Source: Candidatus Latescibacterota bacterium (GTDB lineage: Bacteria; Latescibacterota; UBA2968; SICM01). Taken from it: a DNA stretch of 64,000 bases. The position numbers and the translations under genes were made by a program. Shown piece by piece: positions 57,865 to 64,000 of the stretch (its first letter is position 1; each line of letters opens with the position of its first letter). The stretch spans positions 480,001 through 544,000 of the forward strand of contig CBDCJO010000001.1 of the NCBI GenBank assembly GCA_965217865.1, given 5' to 3'. The notes below the pieces were generated by a model, which worked only from the letters and a program-made list of their open reading frames with translations, ran no database searches and was not told the DNA's origin.

Positions 57865-58017
57865 GTACGAAGTGAAGGAGGTGAAAACCACGACAGAGGT
57901 TCATTCCGGATTTGGTCCGCGGGAGCCCGGGGTCCCCTTTTTCGGGGGTTTCAGATCTTGTGGGGGCGGGCTTGGATCACGAAACCTCCCGGGTTAATAC
58001 AGTTTAAGATCAAAGAT

Positions 58018-58062
58018 AAAGGAGGCGACTCTCAGTCAAATTCCCTGAGAACCTCCTCCTTT
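58018..58062 (-). terminator. stem-loop downstream of the sigma factor gene
   Basis: AAAGGAGG...CTCAG/CTGAG...CCTCCTTT interrupted inverted repeat. Confidence 0.45.
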
Positions 58063-58104
58063 AGCCCAAATCGACAACACGCTTAAAACACACGGAGATC
58101 GGAT

Positions 58105-58977
58105 CTATATCTCTTCCGAATATGGGATCAACTTCTTACCGCGGGTGGGATGCCTTAACTTTCGCAAGGCCTTTTCTTTGATCTGCCGCACGCGTTCTCG
58201 GGTAAGACCGAACTTGACCCCGATCTCCTCCAGGGTCATCTCGTTCGCCCCTCCCAAACCGAAATAGAGACGGACCACCTCGGCCTCCCGATCTTCGAGC
58301 GTTCCCAGGGCGACATCTATCTCCTCCTCAAGGGAATTCCGCATCAAAAGCGCGTCGGGCGGTTCCTGGCGGCTATCCGCCATAATCTCCATAAGACTGT
58401 TTTCATCGTTGTCGTCGAAGGTCGCGTCGAGGGACAAGATCCGCTGCCCGCTGGCAAGCGTTTCCGCAACCTGGTCGACAGAGATGCCCAACTCCTCTGC
58501 AATCTCCTCTTCTGCCGGTCGCCGGGAAGTCTCCTGCTGTTTGTCGGTGGAAAACCTTGAGATTCGACGGAGCAGATCAACCCTGTTCAGGGGCAGGCGT
58601 ACGACCCGAGAATGTTCTGCGAGTGTCTGGAGAACGGCCTGTCGGATCCACCAGACCGCATAAGATATGAATTTGAACCCTTTCGTCTCGTCAAACCGCT
58701 CCGCCGCTGTGATTAACCCGACGTTTCCCGCGCTGATGAGGTCCGCCAAGGGGACCCCCTGATTCTGATACTCACGTGCCACGCTGATGACAAAACGGAG
58801 GTTTGCCTCGACGAGTTTCGTTCGAGCCTGGAGATCCCCCAATTTGATTCTCTGAGCGAGTTCGACTTCCTCTTTGGATGAAAGGGGCTGCGATGCCGCA
58901 ACATCCTCCAGATATCGTTGCAGAGAATCCTTCACATCATCATAGGCACTGTGTAAACTCTGGTTCAAATCGATCAC
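58105..58977 (-). CDS. RNA polymerase sigma-70 factor, RpoD/SigA family lacking region 1.1
   Basis: ANLRFVISVA, GFKFISYAVWWIRQ, TLEEIG..FGLTRERVRQI; 290 aa. Confidence 0.95.
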   Translation of the reverse strand: MIDLNQSLHSAYDDVKDSLQRYLEDVAASQPLSSKEEVELAQRIKLGDLQARTKLVEANLRFVISVAREYQNQGVPLADLISAGNVGLITAAERFDETKGFKFISYAVWWIRQAVLQTLAEHSRVVRLPLNRVDLLRRISRFSTDKQQETSRRPAEEEIAEELGISVDQVAETLASGQRILSLDATFDDNDENSLMEIMADSRQEPPDALLMRNSLEEEIDVALGTLEDREAEVVRLYFGLGGANEMTLEEIGVKFGLTRERVRQIKEKALRKLRHPTRGKKLIPYSEEI

Positions 58978-59309
58978 CTCTATAAAGTTATGGAGAATAT
59001 GGTAGAGAATCCTGGATAACGTCGGACAGGAACCCTGAAACCTATATATAAGCCTGTTTAGAATTTGTCAAGTTTATTTTAAATTCAGACTGGAGGGAGG
59101 ATTTTGAGCGATTATATTCAATCTTTTAGTATGTATATCGACCGTGGGTGGACTAATATCGACAATTCTTTACAAATTGTCAAATTAGCGGCACGTCAGA
59201 TTCTGTTGGTCGGTTACCCGCAAATTGACATTCATTCCTCTTTTTATTAATTTCACCGTGTCGACCCACCCCGGAACCGACGCCTGTCCCCAAAACCCTG
59301 ACCTCCGAT

Positions 59310-59585
59310 ATGGCCCCGACCCTATTTTTTGTCCTCATCATTGCTTTGTTCGTTTTCGCGGCTGCTTTGCTATACGGCAGGTCGACCCCCGTGAACACAC
59401 CCGAGGCATTCATCGAAGATCGGCTATCTAAATTTATATCAACCGAATTGATCGATGACGTAACGACATATGCGAATCGAACGAACCGGTCCATTCAAGA
59501 TGTTGTCGACCAGGCCTTGAGGGAATTCCTGAATCAGAGAAATCGACTTGAAGGCAACGATCCGATCAGGAACCCTCGGGTGTAG
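59310..59585 (+). CDS. small membrane-anchored protein with a ribbon-helix-helix-like tail
   Basis: N-terminal TM; ELIDDVTTYA.RTNRSIQDVVDQALREFL. Confidence 0.6.
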   Translation: MAPTLFFVLIIALFVFAAALLYGRSTPVNTPEAFIEDRLSKFISTELIDDVTTYANRTNRSIQDVVDQALREFLNQRNRLEGNDPIRNPRV

Positions 59586-59754
59586 CCGGCTCAAGATCCT
59601 CCTGGATGGACTCTCCATAGAAATGATCCCATTCACAATCGCACCAGTTCTCGCTTCCGCAGACGATACACGGGGTTTCCGGCGATTTTAATTGTGCGGG
59701 CTTAAGCCTGGCAGGCGACCTCCGACCTTCTTTCCTGCCTCTCTCCTTCGTCAT
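59566..59754 (-). CDS. small Cys-motif protein (62 aa)
   Basis: AGGAG SD + ATG 59754, upstream TTGACA-17-TATATT promoter; CIVC...WCDCEWDH. Confidence 0.5.
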   Translation of the reverse strand: MTKERGRKEGRRSPARLKPAQLKSPETPCIVCGSENWCDCEWDHFYGESIQEDLEPATPEGS

Positions 59755-59914
59755 TTTTCTCTCCTTTTTTTTTAAAAAAAGCCTCTCTCTCTTTCCCGAA
59801 GACCGTTCAATATAGGATCTAATACTCAGATTGTCAAGGACCTGCCTGTCGCTGCCATCTGGTGGTGGAAGATCTTTCGGAGGGCGTGGTGGGATGGAAA
59901 TTCCTGACCGTATT

Positions 59915-62026
59915 TCACGTTCGATCAGCCATCCCTTCCATACGCTTCCTGTCATCTCTAGACGCCGAACGACGTCCGATGAACACCTCTGCAATCATCA
60001 GTGCAAGGGCAGCCCCCAGAAATATCCCCCGGAGTTCTTGGCCGGAACGCTTTTTCTTCACCAGAACCGGGAGGTTCTCATCCGGTTCGACAATATGCAG
60101 CCGCCCCTTTCCGAAAATACGTCTCAAGCGGTCGTGAGAAATAGGCGAGAGATCCGATCCGGTCTCCGCGTCTATGGCAGAAACGAAATTGTCCGAAACA
60201 CGATCCTCGGACCGTACTTCCCATACGCCGGGGAGTTCCAGGGGGCCGATTCTGAAAACCGGACCTTTTTCAGAACCCTCTGCGCGAACGACTTGAGATA
60301 AACCGTCGGGGGAGATGATGTCGGCAGTCGCCCCGTCGTTCAAGACGGGTCGCTCCGCGGTCTGACCCACGTGATATGCCTCGAACATCGGAGGATGGGC
60401 AACTGCATATTGTGCGATTCTGTGGAGCAGGGGGACGAACAGGCCGCGTAAGGGCAGGTCGCTCCATTCCAGATCCACCGCACTGGTAAACAGGATCACC
60501 CTCCCCTTGCCCAGTCGGGCCTCCAGCATGGCTGCACCCCCATCGCCATAGGAGGCAATCGTTTGAACCCGGTCAATCTTTGCACGGGCAACATCGAAGG
60601 AGGCGAAGAACCTCGGGGCTTGGAACGCCTTCGGGAGCAGTTCACGAAACAGAGGATGCCCTCTCTTCATCTCCCCCAGGCCGCGGTAGGCCCGACCGGT
60701 TCCCTTTGTTCGCCGGCGGGCGACAAGCTTGATGGGGAGCAGATGTGGAAGAACCCGTTCGTTGTAATAATTCAAATCGATCTTGCCGCCAAGAAAGATC
60801 AATGCACCCCCGCCTCGTCGAACGCGATCTCGAACAAGGGCAATTTGGCCGGGCGACGGCCGTGTCACATCGGAGAAGACGATCAGTTCGCTCTGAACGA
60901 TATCGGTGGCCAGAAGCCTATCTTGGGTCGTGGATTTTGCCTTCACAAGCCGGGAATCTTCCCCAAGGGAGAACGCACGCTGGAGGTAATAGGTGTCCTT
61001 CCCGGAACCTCCGATCAGGATGGCTTCGATTTTATCTGGAACGTCAACCACGACATACCGGGTATTGTCGACAGGAAGGGGATCGTCCCCAGCCTCTGCA
61101 AACCCGACCGTCTTTCCGCTCCGATCGGGCGAAACCTGAAAGACAATCCCCTTTCGCTCCCCCGCCTTTAGGTCGATGACCGTCTGGCCGACCCGCTTCC
61201 CGTCGAACCAGAACCGGACCGGGATGTCCCGTTTCGGGACCTCCCCCGTATTTGAAATCTCGATATCGATGGCTATCGGGGAGCCGATCATGACGATCTG
61301 ATTCGATGCCGACAACCTCGTTACCGCAAGGTTTTCGACCGCCCCGGGACGCTCCGGGACTACGTAAACCGCCACATCCTTGAACGATGCGAGAGAGTCC
61401 CCCAAACCCGACCATCCAACCCGAGCGAGGTTGGTAAATAAAAAGACCTCCTTTTGATGCTCCTTCGAAGCGCTTAAAAATTCTACGATTCGCTTCAGGA
61501 GGTTTCCGATTCTTGGGATGCGGTTTGTCACCTCAAGGGATGTGAGCTGCTCCCGGAGATCACCGGGGCTCGTCGGGTTAAACGACCGCGGATGGTCGGA
61601 AAAAGGAATAAGTTCTACGTTGTCCCGCTCATCGAACAGACTCAAAGCCCCTTCAACCCGTGTTTTCGCCCGGTCGAAAAGCCTTCCCGTCGGCGTACGA
61701 TAGCCCATCCCGTAGGACTGGTCGAGCGCCAGGGCAGCGGAGGTGCGAAGACGGGCCCCGAACGGAGACCCGGTGGGCTCTCGCAAAACCGGTCTGGCGA
61801 ATCCTAAAACGAGGGCCAACACGACAAGCGTTCGAAGAATCAGCAGAAGCACCTGCCTGATCCTGACCCTTCGCATCCTGTCCTGCTGGAGCTGCCGGAG
61901 AAGGGCGACATTGCTGAACTGAACCGTCGTTGCCCGCCGACGATTAAACAGGTGGATAAGAAGGGGAAGGATTGCCGCCCCGAGGCCATAGAGTAACGCA
62001 GGGTTGAAAAAGCTCATAGGATACAC
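59915..62026 (-). CDS. BatA N-terminal + vWA domain membrane protein
   Basis: F.NP..L.GL....PLLIHL, LLLILR.L...LV..FARP, degenerate MIDAS DQSYGM, C-terminal TM. Confidence 0.88.
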   Translation of the reverse strand: MYPMSFFNPALLYGLGAAILPLLIHLFNRRRATTVQFSNVALLRQLQQDRMRRVRIRQVLLLILRTLVVLALVLGFARPVLREPTGSPFGARLRTSAALALDQSYGMGYRTPTGRLFDRAKTRVEGALSLFDERDNVELIPFSDHPRSFNPTSPGDLREQLTSLEVTNRIPRIGNLLKRIVEFLSASKEHQKEVFLFTNLARVGWSGLGDSLASFKDVAVYVVPERPGAVENLAVTRLSASNQIVMIGSPIAIDIEISNTGEVPKRDIPVRFWFDGKRVGQTVIDLKAGERKGIVFQVSPDRSGKTVGFAEAGDDPLPVDNTRYVVVDVPDKIEAILIGGSGKDTYYLQRAFSLGEDSRLVKAKSTTQDRLLATDIVQSELIVFSDVTRPSPGQIALVRDRVRRGGGALIFLGGKIDLNYYNERVLPHLLPIKLVARRRTKGTGRAYRGLGEMKRGHPLFRELLPKAFQAPRFFASFDVARAKIDRVQTIASYGDGGAAMLEARLGKGRVILFTSAVDLEWSDLPLRGLFVPLLHRIAQYAVAHPPMFEAYHVGQTAERPVLNDGATADIISPDGLSQVVRAEGSEKGPVFRIGPLELPGVWEVRSEDRVSDNFVSAIDAETGSDLSPISHDRLRRIFGKGRLHIVEPDENLPVLVKKKRSGQELRGIFLGAALALMIAEVFIGRRSASRDDRKRMEGMADRT

Positions 62027-62116
62027 CGATCAACCACAAAAAAACCCCGCCTCCCGGAAAGGAAGCAGAGCTGAAAGGTTCTAGATTTCGAGAAGAGACG
62101 GCGAATCAACCTGCAT

Positions 62117-62596
62117 CTATGAAGCCGCCGCACTTGTTTGAAGCTTCTCCTCCCCGGATATGATTGTGAGAACCTTCTCGGGACTCTTGGCTTGAATCAG
62201 GAGGTTTCGAAAATTTTCCCCTTTGAGGAGTCGGGAGATGCGGGCAAGGGCTTTGATATGAGGCCCGGACACGTTGGCCGGGGAAATCAGAAGGAAAAAG
62301 ATGTAAGCGGGTTGGCCGTCCAGGGATTCGAAGTCCACTCCTTCTTCCTTGGTTCCCAGGACGCCGCTCAGCGTCTTTGCGGCTTCGGATTTTCCGTGGG
62401 GGATAGCAATTCCGTGGCCGATCCCGGTGCTCATGATCCCCTCTCGTTGTAGGACCGCCTCCAATATTTGATCACGATTCGTGATCTGACTCCCCTCATC
62501 CAGCGCACTGACGAGTTCTTCTATGATCTCCTGTTTTTCTGTACCTTTCAACCCGATAATGATCGATTTTTCCGAAATGATATCCAACAGGGTCAT
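62117..62596 (-). CDS. PTS EIIA domain protein (PtsN/fructose-type)
   Basis: RE..MSTGIG.GIAIPHGK, F.SLDGQP, HIKALARISRLL. Confidence 0.92.
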   Translation of the reverse strand: MTLLDIISEKSIIIGLKGTEKQEIIEELVSALDEGSQITNRDQILEAVLQREGIMSTGIGHGIAIPHGKSEAAKTLSGVLGTKEEGVDFESLDGQPAYIFFLLISPANVSGPHIKALARISRLLKGENFRNLLIQAKSPEKVLTIISGEEKLQTSAAAS

Positions 62597-62949
62597 TAAA
62601 CCCTCCGCACACCGACGGCAGCACAAAAACGGTTCGAAGTCAAAATTGATTTTTCGAAATTATAGGGCATCCCCTCTGATAAGTCAAGCCCAAATACCCG
62701 AGGGGAATGACGATCTCTTTTACTTTTGATATCGAAAGAATTGTTTGACAAGGTACCGGGGATCTCATATTATGTTATGGTTCTCCATATCTCTATATCA
62801 CCAACCCGACTCACCTCTTGATTTTCCATAAAAATCGCACAACACCAAAACGAGTGCGGCGATGTTCCTGCCCTACTCGGTGTTGACCTAAAACACAAAT
62901 ATAAAATAAAACTTTGCAAGCGGACCATCTCAGGGAAGCTCTCGCCTCC

Positions 62950-63006
62950 CCTGAGCCCTCCCACCAATGGTGGACAAAAAGATCAAGAAAACCGGGAGGG
63001 CTCAGG
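62950..63006. repeat. 13-bp perfect inverted repeat immediately 3' of flagellin
   Basis: CCTGAGCCCTCCC...GGGAGGGCTCAGG with a 31-nt loop. Confidence 0.55.
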
Positions 63007-63007
63007 A

Positions 63008-64000
63008 CTACTGGAGAAGCGAAAGCGCGCTCTGCGGGATGGCGTTGGCTTGGGCAAGAAGCGCGGTGCTCGCTTGCACCAGGATCTGTGCCCTTGTGAA
63101 GGCCGATACCTCTTCGGCGACGTCCGCATCCCGGATCGAAGACTCCGAGGCCTGTACGTTTTCGACCGTGTTGTTGAGCGAGCGGATGGTGAAGCCGAGC
63201 CGGTTTTGGAACGCACCCAGATCACCCCGCTGCTGCGACACGACGTCGATCGCCTGGTCGAGAACCGCGATGGCGTTGCGCGCGCTCCCCAACGAATTCA
63301 CTGATACTGAAGAGAGATTCAGGTTGACGCCTGTCGCACGCATGTCGGAGATGCTCAGCTCAATCCGATCCGTGTTCGTGTTGTTCGGACCGATCTGGAA
63401 CGAACCTCCGGTTCCCGAATCGATGAGCAACACCCGGGTGTCGAGATCCCCGTCCGTGTAGGCGTCGTTCAAGTTCAGGACGATGCCCAGACGGTCGAAG
63501 CTTGCGATGGCCGTCGTCCCCGTGGCCACCGTGTTCCCGTCAAGGGCGGTGCCGATGCTGATCGTTTGCGTGATGGTACCGTTGCCCAGTGTGAGCTTGC
63601 TGTCCGTCGTACCGGCATCCACGAAGGTGTATGTCCCCGACTGTGCCCCGGAGATCTGGGCGCTGAGAAGCCCCGTCGTGGCTGACACCAGGGCTGTGGA
63701 TACGGCTGTATTCGTGCTGACGGTGTTCCCGAATCCCGTGAGCAATGTGACCTTGTTGTAGGTCGTTGCGTTGGCGATCCGGTCTATCTCCGACACGAGT
63801 TGTGTGACCTCGGAATTGAGGGCCTTGCGGTTCGTATCGTTGATCGTGGAAGATGACGCTTGAACCGACAACTCCCGCATCCGAATCATAATCGCGCTTA
63901 CTTCGTTCAGCGCGCCTTCGGCGGTTTGGATCAGATTGACTCCCTGTTCAGCGTTCCGGACCGCTTGTTTCAGGCCGGAAATCTCGGCGCGCATGCTTTC
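63008..64000 (-). CDS. fliC: flagellin (5' end outside the window)
   Basis: QAVRNA..G..LIQTAEGALNE, R..LGAFQNRL, SSIRDADVAEE, LAQAN..PQ..LSLLQ. Confidence 0.96.
   Translation of the reverse strand, partial: ESMRAEISGLKQAVRNAEQGVNLIQTAEGALNEVSAIMIRMRELSVQASSSTINDTNRKALNSEVTQLVSEIDRIANATTYNKVTLLTGFGNTVSTNTAVSTALVSATTGLLSAQISGAQSGTYTFVDAGTTDSKLTLGNGTITQTISIGTALDGNTVATGTTAIASFDRLGIVLNLNDAYTDGDLDTRVLLIDSGTGGSFQIGPNNTNTDRIELSISDMRATGVNLNLSSVSVNSLGSARNAIAVLDQAIDVVSQQRGDLGAFQNRLGFTIRSLNNTVENVQASESSIRDADVAEEVSAFTRAQILVQASTALLAQANAIPQSALSLLQ

Overview
Bacterial chromosomal window, probably from an uncultured FCB-superphylum lineage such as Latescibacterota. This is inferred from a region-1.1-less RpoD-type sigma factor and a secreted protein ending in dockerin-like plus 'QNxPNPFNP' FlgD-type domains. 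The backbone carries a PD40 propeller lipoprotein, hydantoinase/oxoprolinase A+B, dnaE, a flavin monooxygenase/reductase pair, trpS, several dehydrogenases, comDE-like genes, response regulators, a sigma-70 factor, a BatA/vWA protein, a PTS IIA protein and a partial flagellin. Two regions stand out. (1) About 17.05-26.63 kb is a nested accessory mosaic that splits a large secreted-protein gene. It holds a P4/PICI-like integrase-AlpA-primase module, an IS1595 remnant whose HExxH passenger gene is interrupted by a precisely mappable 605-bp tnpA-only IS200/IS605 element, and a TPR gene bracketed by two copies of an unusual repeat with variable GGACACATGGG units. (2) At 42.8-57.8 kb is one co-oriented cell-envelope block: PBP1A, tolQRAB-pal-cpoB, then a coiled-coil lipoprotein, two intact and one apparently catalytically dead L,D-transpeptidase, a HEAT protein, a divergent MraY lacking the HHH motif, and two exported proteins. 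This is the best candidate for an undescribed system. Several genes show deletion joints or frameshifts (mazG, fliG, PBP1A, the secreted protein, small remnants), which could be genome erosion or assembly error. No rRNA, tRNA or CRISPR array was recognised. All family calls come from motif recognition by eye, not database searches.
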